A DNA stretch of 64,000 nucleotides from an uncultured Gemmatimonadales bacterium. GTDB lineage: Bacteria > Gemmatimonadota > Gemmatimonadetes > Gemmatimonadales > Gemmatimonadaceae. The position numbers were made by a program, and so were the translations under genes. Of the stretch, positions 36,590 to 47,190 are shown piece after piece. The stretch spans positions 800,001 to 864,000 of the forward strand of contig CAWBZV010000003.1 of the NCBI GenBank assembly GCA_963793305.1. The letters run 5' to 3'. The notes under the pieces were generated by a model. That model had not been told where the DNA came from and did not search any database. It saw nothing but the letters and a program-made list of their open reading frames with translations. Every line of letters starts with the position of its first letter. Within the stretch, counting starts at the first letter, position 1.

Positions 36590-37336
36590 ATGCTCGACAA
36601 CTCGGGGGCCGGCGCTTACACGTTTGATGTGGCAGATGAGACCGTGCTCGTCATCGATGACGAGCCGCAGATCCGCCGCGTCGTACGAAACGCCCTCAAG
36701 GACGAAGGCGAAGTCGCGCGGACCATAGAGGCGTCAACCGGGGCCGAGGGGATCGACCGGGCGGCGGCGGAGCGGCCGTCGTTGATCGTTCTCGATCTCG
36801 GACTTCCCGACATGAGTGGCGAGGCGGTCTGTCGCGAGATCCGCGGCTGGTCGACCGCGCCCATCATCGTCCTCTCGGCCCGCCACTCCGAGCGCGAGAA
36901 AGTCGCCCTCCTCGACGCCGGCGCCGACGACTACGTGACCAAGCCGTTCTCGACCGTCGAATTTCAGGCCCGGGTCCGCGCGCAACTCCGTCGGTCACGG
37001 CTAGCCGGCGCCGGAGAGACCGGCGAGCCGCTGGTCTTGGATGGCGGGGCCATCACGATCGATCTCACGAAGCCCCAGCTCATGAAGCAAGGCGCGCCAG
37101 TACACCTCACGCGCACCGAGTGGGAGCTCTTGCGCGTGCTCGTCTCCCACGCCGGGAAGACCCTGACGCACCGCGAGTTATTTACCGCCGTCTGGGGCAA
37201 CTCGTTCGGCGACGCGCAGCAGTACCTTCGCGTCCACATTCGGAGCCTGCGCCGAAAGATCGAGCCCGATCCCGTGCGGCCGCGCTACATCATTACGGAA
37301 CCAGGCGTCGGATACCGCCTCGAGCCGACCGCGTGA
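36590..37336 (+). CDS. kdpE: KdpE-like OmpR-family response regulator
   Basis: VIDDEPQIRR, LDLGLPD, ADDYVTKPF, YIITEPGVGYR; kdp context; start may be GTG 36628. Confidence 0.9.
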   Translation: MLDNSGAGAYTFDVADETVLVIDDEPQIRRVVRNALKDEGEVARTIEASTGAEGIDRAAAERPSLIVLDLGLPDMSGEAVCREIRGWSTAPIIVLSARHSEREKVALLDAGADDYVTKPFSTVEFQARVRAQLRRSRLAGAGETGEPLVLDGGAITIDLTKPQLMKQGAPVHLTRTEWELLRVLVSHAGKTLTHRELFTAVWGNSFGDAQQYLRVHIRSLRRKIEPDPVRPRYIITEPGVGYRLEPTA

Positions 37337-38859
37337 CGCGTGTGACCCGCCGGCAATTCGGCGAATATGCACTCTGGGTTGCCGCGCTCTTCCTCGTGTG
37401 GGCCGCCATGTTGTCCGTGCGGCCGCGCCTCAACGAAGCCCACGTCGCCCTCACGTTCCTCCTCGTCGTCCTCGGCGCTTCGGCGCGCGGGGGCCGCACG
37501 TTCGGGTTGGCCATAGCGGGTGCGGCGTTCTTGCTCTTCGACTGGTTTTTCTTGCCGCCGTATGGCGCACTGTTGGTGAGCAACCCGCTCGATTACGTGG
37601 TGCTGCTCGCGTTCCTGGCCACGAGCTTCGTGGCGGCCCAGCTACTCTATCGAGCCCAGGCGGAAGCGACGCTGGCCCAGCGACGGGCGGCCGAAATCGA
37701 CCGATTGGCCGCGCTGGGCTCCGAGTCGCTGAACGCCGGCCAGCCGCAAGACGCGCTCTTTGCGGTGGCCGAGGTGATCCGGACGACGCTCAAGCTCGAT
37801 CAGTGCGTGATCTTCCCGCGCGAGACGCCGCCCGCCGTCACGCAGTCTCCGCCCGACGTGCGGGCCGATCGCACGATCGCGCCTGGCCTCGTCGCCTGGG
37901 TCCTGCAGCACGGGACCGAGGCCGTGCTCTCCGCCGACGGCACGACGCGCCTGGCGTGGGACGGTCCCGCGCGGCTGGAGGCCGTGCCACAAGCGCGGGC
38001 GCTGTTGATGCCGCTGCGCGTGCGCGAGCGTAACGTCGGCGTGCTCGCTATCGTGCGCGACCACGGGCTTGCCCTCGATGCCGAAGCCCGGCGCGTGCTC
38101 GATGCGCTCTCGTACTACGCCGCGCTCGGCGTCGAGCGGGCGCGGCTCGTGGCCGATGCGCAGCACGCCGAGGCGCTGCGGCAGGCGGACAAGCTCAAAG
38201 ACGCGCTCGTGGCATCGGTCTCGCACGATCTCCGGACGCCGCTCACCACAATCAAAGCGCTGGCCCACGACATCTCGAATGGCGGCGACGAGCGTGCGAC
38301 GATCATCGAGCAGGAAGCTGATCGGCTGAACGAGTTCGTCGCCAACCTGCTCGACCTGTCGCGGATCCAGGCGGGTTCATGGCAGCCGTGTCCCGAGGCG
38401 AACGAGGCCGAGGATCTGGTCGGCGCGGCGTTGCAGCGAGTGGCGGGTCCGCGTGGCAGCCGCGATATCACCGTCTCGCTCGACGATGAGCATGCCATCC
38501 TGATCGGGCGGTTCGATTTTACGGCGACGCTTCGCGCGCTGGTCAACCTGCTCGACAACGCGATCAAATATGCGCCGGCGACGGCGCCCATCGAGCTGTC
38601 CGTCCGGCGGGATGGCGACATGATTGCGTTCGCCGTGAGCGATCCCGGGCCGGGTATCCCGGCGTCCGAAGCCGAACGCGTGTTCGAGCCGTTCTACCGG
38701 CCACCCGGCACGCCGCCCGACATCGGTGGCGCCGGCCTGGGTCTCTCGATTGCCCGCGGCCTCGTCGAAATGCAGGGCGGGTCGCTGCGCTACTCGCCCC
38801 GGCCGGGTGGCGGCAGCGTGTTCACGCTCCGCGTACCTCTTCACGAAAAATTTATGTGA
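37333..38859 (+). CDS. kdpD: KdpD C-terminal half (4-TM, GAF, histidine kinase)
   Basis: FDWFFLPPYG TM region, VSHDLRTPLT, NLLDNAIKY, GAGLGL; GTGA overlap with kdpE. Confidence 0.85.
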   Translation: MTRVTRRQFGEYALWVAALFLVWAAMLSVRPRLNEAHVALTFLLVVLGASARGGRTFGLAIAGAAFLLFDWFFLPPYGALLVSNPLDYVVLLAFLATSFVAAQLLYRAQAEATLAQRRAAEIDRLAALGSESLNAGQPQDALFAVAEVIRTTLKLDQCVIFPRETPPAVTQSPPDVRADRTIAPGLVAWVLQHGTEAVLSADGTTRLAWDGPARLEAVPQARALLMPLRVRERNVGVLAIVRDHGLALDAEARRVLDALSYYAALGVERARLVADAQHAEALRQADKLKDALVASVSHDLRTPLTTIKALAHDISNGGDERATIIEQEADRLNEFVANLLDLSRIQAGSWQPCPEANEAEDLVGAALQRVAGPRGSRDITVSLDDEHAILIGRFDFTATLRALVNLLDNAIKYAPATAPIELSVRRDGDMIAFAVSDPGPGIPASEAERVFEPFYRPPGTPPDIGGAGLGLSIARGLVEMQGGSLRYSPRPGGGSVFTLRVPLHEKFM

Positions 38860-38913
38860 AGTGGCGGCTTGCATACGCGGCCTTAACGCCCACGCCGGTA
38901 GCATCCATCCGCT

Positions 38914-39009
38914 ATGCTCGATCTTCTCTATGTCGCGATCACGGTCGTCTTCTTCGGCCTGATGCTCGCGTTCGTTCGCGGTCTCCAGATCTTAGGCCGC
39001 GACAAATGA
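38914..39009 (+). CDS. 31-aa single-TM peptide upstream of kdpF (absent from ORF track)
   Basis: MLDLLYVAITVVFFGLMLAFVRGLQILGRDK*; stop overlaps kdpF start (ATGA). Confidence 0.75.
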   Translation: MLDLLYVAITVVFFGLMLAFVRGLQILGRDK

Positions 39010-39095
39010 GCCTCGACGCGATGATCGGCGGTCTCGTGTCCGCCGTTCTTCTGGTCTATCTGGTCTACACGCTGCTCCGTCCCGAGAAGTTCTGA
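39006..39095 (+). CDS. kdpF: K+-transporting ATPase subunit F
   Basis: MSLDAMIGGLVSAVLLVYLVYTLLRPEKF. Confidence 0.92.
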   Translation: MSLDAMIGGLVSAVLLVYLVYTLLRPEKF

Positions 39096-39097
39096 TC

Positions 39098-40795
39098 ATG
39101 ACGGTGAACGGCTGGGCCCAGATTGGGTTCTATTGCCTCGTGCTGCTCGCGGTGACGAAACCCGTGGGCCTGTACCTGGTCCGCGTCTACGACGGCACCT
39201 ATCGATGGCTCGCGCCAGTGGAGCGCGTCATCTACCGCGTGTGTGGCGTCGACCCCGACGACGACCACCACTGGACGCACTATGCCGCGTCGCTCTTGAT
39301 CTTCAGCGCCGCGACGATGCTCGTGACGTATCTCGCGCTCCGGTTGCAGCATCTCTTGCCGCTCAATCCGGAGCATCTCGCGGCCGTCACCGACCGGCAA
39401 GCATTCGAGACGGCGGCGTCATTCACGACGAATACGAACTGGCAGTCGTACGCGGGCGAGACGACGATGTCGTACTTCTCGCAGATGACGCAGCTCGCGT
39501 TTCACAACTTCGCGTCTGCCGCGGTCGGCATGGCGGCGGCGGTCGCCTTGGTGCGTGGCATCGCGCGGCAATCGGCCGGCCGGCTCGGCAACTTCTGGGT
39601 CGATGTCGTGCGTGGGACGTTGTACGTCCTCATTCCCGCCTCGATCGTGTTGGCCCTGTTATTCGTCCAGCAAGGCGTCATTCAGAATTTCAAGCCGTAC
39701 GTGCACGCGACGACACTGGAGGGCGGCGCGCAGACGCTGCCGATGGGGCCCGTCGCGAGCCAGGAAGCGATCAAGCAGCTCGGGACGAACGGTGGCGGGT
39801 TCTTCAACGTCAACGCCGCGCATCCGTTCGAGAATCCCACGCCGTGGAGCAACTTCCTGCAGATGCTGGCGATTTTTATTATCCCCGCCGGCCTCGTGTA
39901 CATGTTCGGCCACACCGTGAAAAGTCCCAAGCATGGCTGGGCGGTCTGGTCGGCCATGTTCATTCTGTTCTTCGCGGGCACGACGACCGCCTACTGGGCC
40001 GAGGCGCGCGGCAATCCGATCCACCAGGCGCGAGGGATCGCGGTCGCTGACGGCAATATGGAGGGCAAAGAGGTTCGCTTCGGGATAGTGAACTCGGCCC
40101 TTTACGCAACGATCACGACCGACGCCTCGTGCGGCGCGGTGAACGCCATGCACGACTCGTTCACGCCGATCGGCGGCATGATACCGCTCGTGAATATCCA
40201 GCTGGGAGAGCTCGTCTACGGCGGCGTCGGCGCCGGCCTCTACGCGATGATCATTGAGATCGTGCTCGCGGTGTTCATCGCCGGGCTCATGGTCGGACGG
40301 ACGCCGGAGTATCTCGGCAAGAAGATCGAGAGCCGGGAGATCCGCATGGTCATGGTGTACGTGCTCGTGTACGCCTTTGTCGTGCTCTCGTTCACCGCCG
40401 TCTCGGTCGTCACGAAGGCCGGGCTTGCGGGCCTCAACAATGCCGGGCCACACGGGTTCTCGGAGATCCTGTACGCGTTCAGCTCCACCGTCGCCAACAA
40501 CGGCAGTGCGTTCGCCGGGCTGACGGGGACGACGTACTACTACAACACGATGTTCGGGCTCGCGACAATGTTCGGGCGGTTCGCGATGATGGTGCCGGCG
40601 CTGGCGCTGGCCGGGTTCTTGGCCGAGCGGCGCGTGGCGCCGGAGACGGCCGGGACATTCCCCGTGACGACGCCGCTGTTCGTGGTGCTGCTCCTCGGCG
40701 TCATCGTCATCGTCACCGCGCTGACGTTCTTCCCGGCGCTCTCGCTCGGCCCGATCGTCGAGCACTTCCTGATGCAACATGGCATACTCTTCTAG
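39098..40795 (+). CDS. kdpA: K+-transporting ATPase subunit A
   Basis: [28 protein letters not shown]. Confidence 0.97.
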   Translation: MTVNGWAQIGFYCLVLLAVTKPVGLYLVRVYDGTYRWLAPVERVIYRVCGVDPDDDHHWTHYAASLLIFSAATMLVTYLALRLQHLLPLNPEHLAAVTDRQAFETAASFTTNTNWQSYAGETTMSYFSQMTQLAFHNFASAAVGMAAAVALVRGIARQSAGRLGNFWVDVVRGTLYVLIPASIVLALLFVQQGVIQNFKPYVHATTLEGGAQTLPMGPVASQEAIKQLGTNGGGFFNVNAAHPFENPTPWSNFLQMLAIFIIPAGLVYMFGHTVKSPKHGWAVWSAMFILFFAGTTTAYWAEARGNPIHQARGIAVADGNMEGKEVRFGIVNSALYATITTDASCGAVNAMHDSFTPIGGMIPLVNIQLGELVYGGVGAGLYAMIIEIVLAVFIAGLMVGRTPEYLGKKIESREIRMVMVYVLVYAFVVLSFTAVSVVTKAGLAGLNNAGPHGFSEILYAFSSTVANNGSAFAGLTGTTYYYNTMFGLATMFGRFAMMVPALALAGFLAERRVAPETAGTFPVTTPLFVVLLLGVIVIVTALTFFPALSLGPIVEHFLMQHGILF

Positions 40796-42940
40796 ACCGC
40801 TCTTCGATCCTCCGATCGTCAAGCGGGCGATCCGGGACTCGTTCGTCAAGCTCAATCCGGCGCATCTCGTCCGGAACCCCGTCATGTTCGTCGTCATGAT
40901 CGGGAGCGTGCTCACGACGCTCGTCGTCGTCCGTGACGCGGTCACCGGTCATGGTGAGCTCGGCTTCTCGATTCAGCTCACGCTGTGGCTGTGGTTCACG
41001 GTGTTGTTCGCCAATTTCGCCGAGGCGATGGCCGAGGGTCGGGGCAAAGCCCAGGCCGACACGCTGAGAAAATCGCGGACGCAAACCGTCGCCAAGCGGC
41101 TTCTCTCGCGTGATGACCGCGGGCACTTCGAAACTGTGCCCTCCTCCTCGCTCACCAAAGGTGACTACGTCGTCGCGCTTCCGGGCGACGTGATCCCCGG
41201 CGACGGCGACGTCGTCGAAGGCGTCGCATCGGTCGACGAGTCCGCGATCACGGGCGAATCAGCGCCTGTCATCCGGGAGTCTGGCGGCGATCGCTCGGCC
41301 GTCACCGGTGGCACGCGCGTCCTCTCTGACTATCTGGTCATTCGCATCACCGCGAATGCCGGCGAGACGTTCTTGGATCGCATGATCGCATTGGTCGAGG
41401 GTGCCACGCGCCAAAAGACGCCCAATGAGATCGCGCTGACCATTCTCTTGTCCGGCCTGACGATCGTGTTCTTACTGGCTGTTGTAACACTGCAGCCATT
41501 TGCGATCTACAGCGGGACGGCAATCAGTATCCCGGTCTTGGTGGCGCTTCTCGTCTGTCTCATTCCGACAACGATCGGTGGGCTTCTCTCGGCCATCGGT
41601 ATCGCCGGCATGGACCGCGTCATCCAGCAGAATGTTATTGCGATGAGTGGGCGGAGCGTCGAGGCTGCCGGCGACGTGAACACGCTGCTGCTCGACAAGA
41701 CGGGAACGATCACCCTCGGCAACCGCCAAGCCGTCGAGTTCGTCCCGATGCCTGGCGTGACCCCCGAGCAACTCGCCGACCGCGCCCAACTCGCGTCATT
41801 GGCCGACGAGACGCCCGAGGGTCGCAGCATTGTCGTGCTGGCGAAGGAAAAGTTCGGCCTCCGGGGCCGCCAGTTGAGCGACGCCGAGAACGTCCTGCCG
41901 CCGGCCCAGTTGGCCGCGGTCGGGGCCGAGGTAGGCACAGTCAGGATCGCGTCGCAGGAGAGCACGAGCATCGCGCAGCCAAAAGAATGTCGAGTTCGTG
42001 CCGTTCAGCGCGTCCACGCGCATGAGCGGCGTCAACCTGCGCGGCGGCGGCGCGCTGCGCAAAGGCGCCGGCGACTCGATCAGTCGCTGGGTGCAGGAGA
42101 ACAATGGCGCGATCCCCCCGGAGCTCGACGCCGCGGTCGCGCGGATCGCGCGCGAGGGTGGGACGCCGCTCGTGGTCGCCGAGAAGACCAATGGAGCCGC
42201 GCGGGTGCTCGGCATCATCTACCTCAAGGACATCGTGAAGGGCGGCATGCGCGAGCGGTTCGATCGCTTGCGGGCCATGGGCATTCGCACGGTGATGATC
42301 ACGGGCGATAACCCGCTGACCGCCGCGGCGATTGCTCAGGAAGCTGGGGTCGACGATTTCCTGGCCGAGGCGAAGCCGGAAGACAAGAATGGCGCTGATC
42401 AAGCGCGAGCAGGCCGGCGGGCGGCTCGTCGCGATGACGGGCGACGGCACGAACGACGCGCCGGCGCTGGCGCAGGCGGACGTTGGCGTCGCCATGAATA
42501 CCGGAACGCAGGCGGCGAAAGAAGCCGGGAACATGATCGATCTCGACTCGAATCCGACGAAGCTGATCGAGATCGTCGAGATCGGGAAGCAACTGCTCAT
42601 GACGCGCGGGTCGCTCACGACGTTCTCGATCGCGAACGACGTGGCGAAGTATTTCGCGATCATTCCCGCGATGTTCACGGTCACATTTCCCGTACTGCAG
42701 TCGCTCAACATCATGCGGTTGCACAGTGCGAACTCGGCGATTCTGGCGAGCGTCATCTTCAACGCCCTGATCATCGTCGCGTTGATTCCGCTGGCGCTCC
42801 GTGGCGTGCGATATCGGCCGATGGGTGCCGCGTCGATTCTTCGGCGCAATCTCTTCATCTACGGCGTCGGGGGCATCATCGTGCCGTTCGTATTTATCAA
42901 ACTCATCGACATGATCCTGGTCGCCACTCATGCTGCGTAA
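40779..42940 (+). CDS. kdpB: K+-transporting ATPase subunit B, two single-base frameshifts (~41983, ~42388)
   Basis: TGES, DKTGT, KGA, TGDN and [10 protein letters not shown] spread over three frames; each shift is one extra A. Confidence 0.93.
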
Positions 42941-43508
42941 TCAATTACGCCCGGCGATCGCGCTCACGTTCATCCTGATCGTGATCACCGGGTTGATCTA
43001 TCCTGGTATTGTCACCGGCCTCGCGCAGGCGCTCTTCCCGCACCAGGCCAATGGCTCGCTGATCGAATCGAATGGTCGCGTGGTTGGCAGTGGGCTCATC
43101 GGGCAATCATTCGCGTCGGCCAAATATTTTCATCCTCGGCCATCGGCCGCCGGGTCCGGATATATCGGTGATTCGTCGTCGGGGACCAACAAGGGTCCAA
43201 CAGACCGCAAATTGGCCGACACGCTGATCGCGCAAGCCGTTGACAGTGCCGTCAAGAACGACGGTGCAGTAAAGGGGCATATCCCGGCCGACATGGTGAC
43301 ATCGTCGGGCTCGGGCCTCGATCCTCATATCTCGCCGGCAACGGCGGAGATACAAATTGCCCGCGTCGCCAGAGCGCGGGGCGTTTCAGCCGATCGCATC
43401 CGCGCGATCGTCGCCGCACACACCGAAGCCCGCCAGCTCGGATTCTTCGGCGAGCCACGCGTGAACGTGCTGCTGCTCAACCTGGCGTTGGACTCACTCA
43501 ACCACTAA
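42930..43508 (+). CDS. kdpC: K+-transporting ATPase subunit C
   Basis: [32 protein letters not shown]. Confidence 0.96.
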   Translation: MLRNQLRPAIALTFILIVITGLIYPGIVTGLAQALFPHQANGSLIESNGRVVGSGLIGQSFASAKYFHPRPSAAGSGYIGDSSSGTNKGPTDRKLADTLIAQAVDSAVKNDGAVKGHIPADMVTSSGSGLDPHISPATAEIQIARVARARGVSADRIRAIVAAHTEARQLGFFGEPRVNVLLLNLALDSLNH

Positions 43509-43520
43509 GCCCCCAGCCAT

Positions 43521-44891
43521 ATGCGAAATTTTCTCGGCGTCTACGCACTCGCGTGGGCGCTGGGCGGAGCCGCGTCTGCCCAGCAGCCCGATTCCACGAA
43601 ATCCGACTCCACGAAGTCGGCCAAGCCCAAACCTCCCGACCCGTTCTCGTTCGCCGACTTCACGTGGGTCAACGGCAACAGCCGCGCCCACTCATCCCCG
43701 CTCGACACCAAATGGTTCACCCCGGAGCTCCGCGTCGACGTCAACTTCGTCAGTGACTTCAATCGCCCCAAGGACCACACGCTCGATGGGGCCGCCGAGA
43801 TGGGCCGCACGAGCGAGTTCCAGCTCCAGCAGTTCGGGATCGGCGGCGACTTTCACTACGACAACGTTCGCGCGCGGCTCATGACCCAGTTCGGCGCGTA
43901 CTCGACCGAGACGCCGCGCGACGACGCCAGTCCATCGCGGGGTCAGTTCCAGCTCGCTGACGCCTACAGGTACGTCTCCGAGGCGTATGGCGGGTATCAC
44001 TTCGACGTGATGAACGGGATCAACGTCGACTTCGGCATCTTCGACTCGTACATCGGTCTCTTCAGCTACTACAATGCGGACAACTGGGCGTACCAGCCGT
44101 CGTATGTGTCGGCCAATACGCCGTGGTTCTTCAACGGCATGCGCGTGCAGATGTTCCCGAGCCAGAAGCTCAAGGTCGAGTTCTGGCTCATCAACGGGTG
44201 GCAGTCGTACGGCATGTTCAACAGCTCGCCGGGCTACGGCACGCAGATCCTCTGGCGTCCGACGGGCAACCTCTCGATGCTGTCAAATGACTACTGGGGG
44301 TACGACGACTTGGGCGCACCGTCGCGCTCCCGCATCCATAGCGACGACAGCTTCTTGATGAAGGTCTACGATTCACCGAACAGTCTGTGGGACAAGTCGG
44401 CTTTCTCGTTCACGTTCGACATCGGCTGCGAGTTCGGCGATCATGTGAACTGTGCCAAGGCCGGACCGGGCCGTCCCCAGCAGTACTTCGTCGGCTTCAT
44501 GCTCTATGACCGCAACTGGTTCTATCACGACCATTTCGGCATCACGGTCGGCGGCGGCGCCATCAACAATCCGGGCCGGTACCTCGTCCTGCCGCCGCCG
44601 ATCAACGGCGCCACGGCGGCGGTCTCTTCGCCCTATTTCACGTTCAATCCGGGTGACCAATTCCACGCCTGGGATGCATCGATCTCGTTCGACTGGGCAC
44701 CGAACGACTTCTTCATGTTCCGCATCGAGCCTGATCGTCGAGGCTCGAGCGTGCCGTATTTCGTCGGGCGCCAAGGCATCACGCCCATCGGCGGCAATAC
44801 GGGGAATCCCGCGGCAATGGTACCCGGCTTCACGCCGGACCTCGTGAAGGAGGAGATGCGCATCAACTTCGCCGTGCTGGTCAAGATGTAA
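43521..44891 (+). CDS. Outer membrane beta-barrel protein (putative porin)
   Basis: Signal peptide, aromatic-rich amphipathic strands, INGWQ motif shared with the next gene. Confidence 0.75.
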   Translation: MRNFLGVYALAWALGGAASAQQPDSTKSDSTKSAKPKPPDPFSFADFTWVNGNSRAHSSPLDTKWFTPELRVDVNFVSDFNRPKDHTLDGAAEMGRTSEFQLQQFGIGGDFHYDNVRARLMTQFGAYSTETPRDDASPSRGQFQLADAYRYVSEAYGGYHFDVMNGINVDFGIFDSYIGLFSYYNADNWAYQPSYVSANTPWFFNGMRVQMFPSQKLKVEFWLINGWQSYGMFNSSPGYGTQILWRPTGNLSMLSNDYWGYDDLGAPSRSRIHSDDSFLMKVYDSPNSLWDKSAFSFTFDIGCEFGDHVNCAKAGPGRPQQYFVGFMLYDRNWFYHDHFGITVGGGAINNPGRYLVLPPPINGATAAVSSPYFTFNPGDQFHAWDASISFDWAPNDFFMFRIEPDRRGSSVPYFVGRQGITPIGGNTGNPAAMVPGFTPDLVKEEMRINFAVLVKM

Positions 44892-44935
44892 AAAGGGGGT
44901 AGCCCAATGTCGCCCAGTGGACCACGTTATGGCGC

Positions 44936-46060
44936 ATGGTTTCGCGCACGAGTCTCTCGGGATTATTGGTGCTCTCACTCGCACCCGTATGCGCCGGCGC
45001 GCAGACCAGCGCGCCGGCCGCATCGGTGGCCGACACGACACCCAAGATCACGTTCGGCGCATTTATCGACGGATACTACGCGTGGGATTTCGACCGGCCG
45101 TACAACTTCGACCGCGCGTTCACGACCCAACCGGCGCGGCACGCCGAGTTCAACATCAACCTGGCGTATGTCGAGGTGAAGCTCACCGCGCCGAATTTTC
45201 GCGGGCGACTCGCCGTGCAGTTCGGGACGTCCGTGCAGGATCTGTACGCGGCCGAGCCGCACATCGGCGATGTGAGCGGTCCATCCGTGGCCGAGTTCAT
45301 CCAGGAAGCGACGGCCGGCTACAAGCTCAGTTCGACCCTGTGGATCGACGGCGGCATCTTCGCCGCGCACACGGGCTACGAGGGCTGGATCTCGCGCGAC
45401 AACCTGACGTACACGAGATCGATCATGGCCGACTATTCAGCGTACTACGAGGCCGGGGTCAAGCTGACCTGGACGCCGTCCCAGGCCGTGGCGGCGCAAT
45501 TTCTCGTCCTCAACGGGTGGCAGGACATCTCGAACTACAACACGCCGCCCGCCCTCGGCGCTCGCGTAGACTACACCGTGTCGCCCGTGCTCACGCTATC
45601 GTACGACAACTTCGTGGGGGTTATCTCCCCGGATACGGTGATCCCACAGGTGCGGTTCTTCAACGAGTGGATCGCCCAGTACAACCCGACCGCTCGCTGG
45701 CAGTTGGCCGCCGCGATCGACGTAGGGCTGCAGAGCCGGACGGCGAGCGCGCATGGCACCGCGACCTGGGATGGCGCCGCGCTCTTCGCCAAGTATCACG
45801 CGACCGCCAAGGTCGGCATCGTCGGCCGGATAGAGCGGTACGCCGATCCGAGTCGGGCGATCGTTCAAACGAATCTGCCGGCGACGTTCGAGGCGAGCGG
45901 CGCATCGCTTGGGGTCGACATCGCCCCCGTGTCGCGGCTCCTCTGGCGAACGGAGGCGCGAGGATTGCGCGCCGACCGGCCTGTCTTCCCCCTGCACCAC
46001 GCTGGCGATTATTCTCGCAATGACGGGTTCGTCGTCACCTCGCTCGCCTTGACCATTTGA
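44936..46060 (+). CDS. Outer membrane beta-barrel protein (putative porin)
   Basis: Signal peptide, IDGYYAWDF, HTGYE, YYEAGVK, LNGWQ. Confidence 0.75.
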   Translation: MVSRTSLSGLLVLSLAPVCAGAQTSAPAASVADTTPKITFGAFIDGYYAWDFDRPYNFDRAFTTQPARHAEFNINLAYVEVKLTAPNFRGRLAVQFGTSVQDLYAAEPHIGDVSGPSVAEFIQEATAGYKLSSTLWIDGGIFAAHTGYEGWISRDNLTYTRSIMADYSAYYEAGVKLTWTPSQAVAAQFLVLNGWQDISNYNTPPALGARVDYTVSPVLTLSYDNFVGVISPDTVIPQVRFFNEWIAQYNPTARWQLAAAIDVGLQSRTASAHGTATWDGAALFAKYHATAKVGIVGRIERYADPSRAIVQTNLPATFEASGASLGVDIAPVSRLLWRTEARGLRADRPVFPLHHAGDYSRNDGFVVTSLALTI

Positions 46061-47190
46061 GCGACTTTCTCACTCTCGTCCGGCAGCGCGAGCGCGGCAA
46101 GCTCAAGCTGTACATCGGGTCGGCGGCCGGCGTCGGCAAGACGTACCGGATGCTGAACGAGGCGTGCGCCTTGAGAAATCGCGGGGTCGATGTCGTCATC
46201 GCGTTCGTCGAGACGCACGGGCGTGCGGATACCGAGGCGCAAATTGGCGATCTCGAGATCGTGCCACGCAAGCGCATCGAGTACCGTGGCGTGACGCTCG
46301 AAGATATGGACGTCGAGGCGGTGCTCGCTCGGCGTCCGGATATCGCCGTCGTCGACGAGTTGGCGCATACGAATGTCCCCGGGGCCAAGCACGCCAAACG
46401 GTGGCAAGACGTCATGGAGCTGCTCGACGAAGGCATCAACGTCATCTCGGCCGTCAACGTCCAGCATCTCGAATCGCTGAATGACGTCGTGGCCCAAACG
46501 CTGGGCGTAACGGTTCGCGAAACCGTCCCCGACTGGGTGGTCGCCACTGCCGATCAAGTGGTGAACCTGGACATCTCGGCGCAGGATCTTCGTCAGCGGC
46601 TGCAAGAGGGAAAGATCTATCCCAAAGAAAAAATACAAGCTGCACTGGCCAATTTTTTCACCGAAGAGAATCTGACGACGCTCCGTGAGCTCGCACTGAG
46701 GGAAGTGGCGAGCTCGGTGGACAGAACACGCGAGCAGATCGTTCGGCGCGAGGCGGGCGAGGCGCCGGCGCCCAAGACCGTTGACCGTGTTCTCGTCGCG
46801 CTCTCCAGCGACCCGCCACAATCGGCGGTTCTCCTGCGCAAGGCGAGCCGAATCGCCGGCCGCCTGAATACCGACTGGTACTGCGTGTACGTTCAAACAC
46901 CGGACGAAGCCGCCGACCGGATCGACTCGACGATCCAGCGTCGTCTCGTCGACAACATTCAGCTGGCGCAGGCTCTCGGCGCCGAGGTCGTGAAGCTCAC
47001 GGGTACCGATGTCGCAGCGACGCTACTGGAGTTTGCCGGCGAGAAGGGCGTGACCTTGATCCTCACCGGTCAGAGCCGCCGCCCGTGGTTCCAACATCCG
47101 TTCCGCGGCTCGGTCGTCGCACAGCTCGTGAAGAACACGCAGGGGCTCGACGTGCTCGTCGCCTCCGGCGTGGACCGGGAGGACGACTAG
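46057..47190 (+). CDS. kdpD: KdpD N-terminal sensor plus USP domain (stand-alone)
   Basis: GKLKLYIGSAAGVGKTYRML, VDELAHTN, NVQHLESLND, LRELALR. Confidence 0.93.
   Translation: MSDFLTLVRQRERGKLKLYIGSAAGVGKTYRMLNEACALRNRGVDVVIAFVETHGRADTEAQIGDLEIVPRKRIEYRGVTLEDMDVEAVLARRPDIAVVDELAHTNVPGAKHAKRWQDVMELLDEGINVISAVNVQHLESLNDVVAQTLGVTVRETVPDWVVATADQVVNLDISAQDLRQRLQEGKIYPKEKIQAALANFFTEENLTTLRELALREVASSVDRTREQIVRREAGEAPAPKTVDRVLVALSSDPPQSAVLLRKASRIAGRLNTDWYCVYVQTPDEAADRIDSTIQRRLVDNIQLAQALGAEVVKLTGTDVAATLLEFAGEKGVTLILTGQSRRPWFQHPFRGSVVAQLVKNTQGLDVLVASGVDREDD

Noticed and set aside
38845..38900. KdpE-binding direct repeats upstream of kdpF
   Set aside because: Position is plausible but the repeats are too degenerate to define
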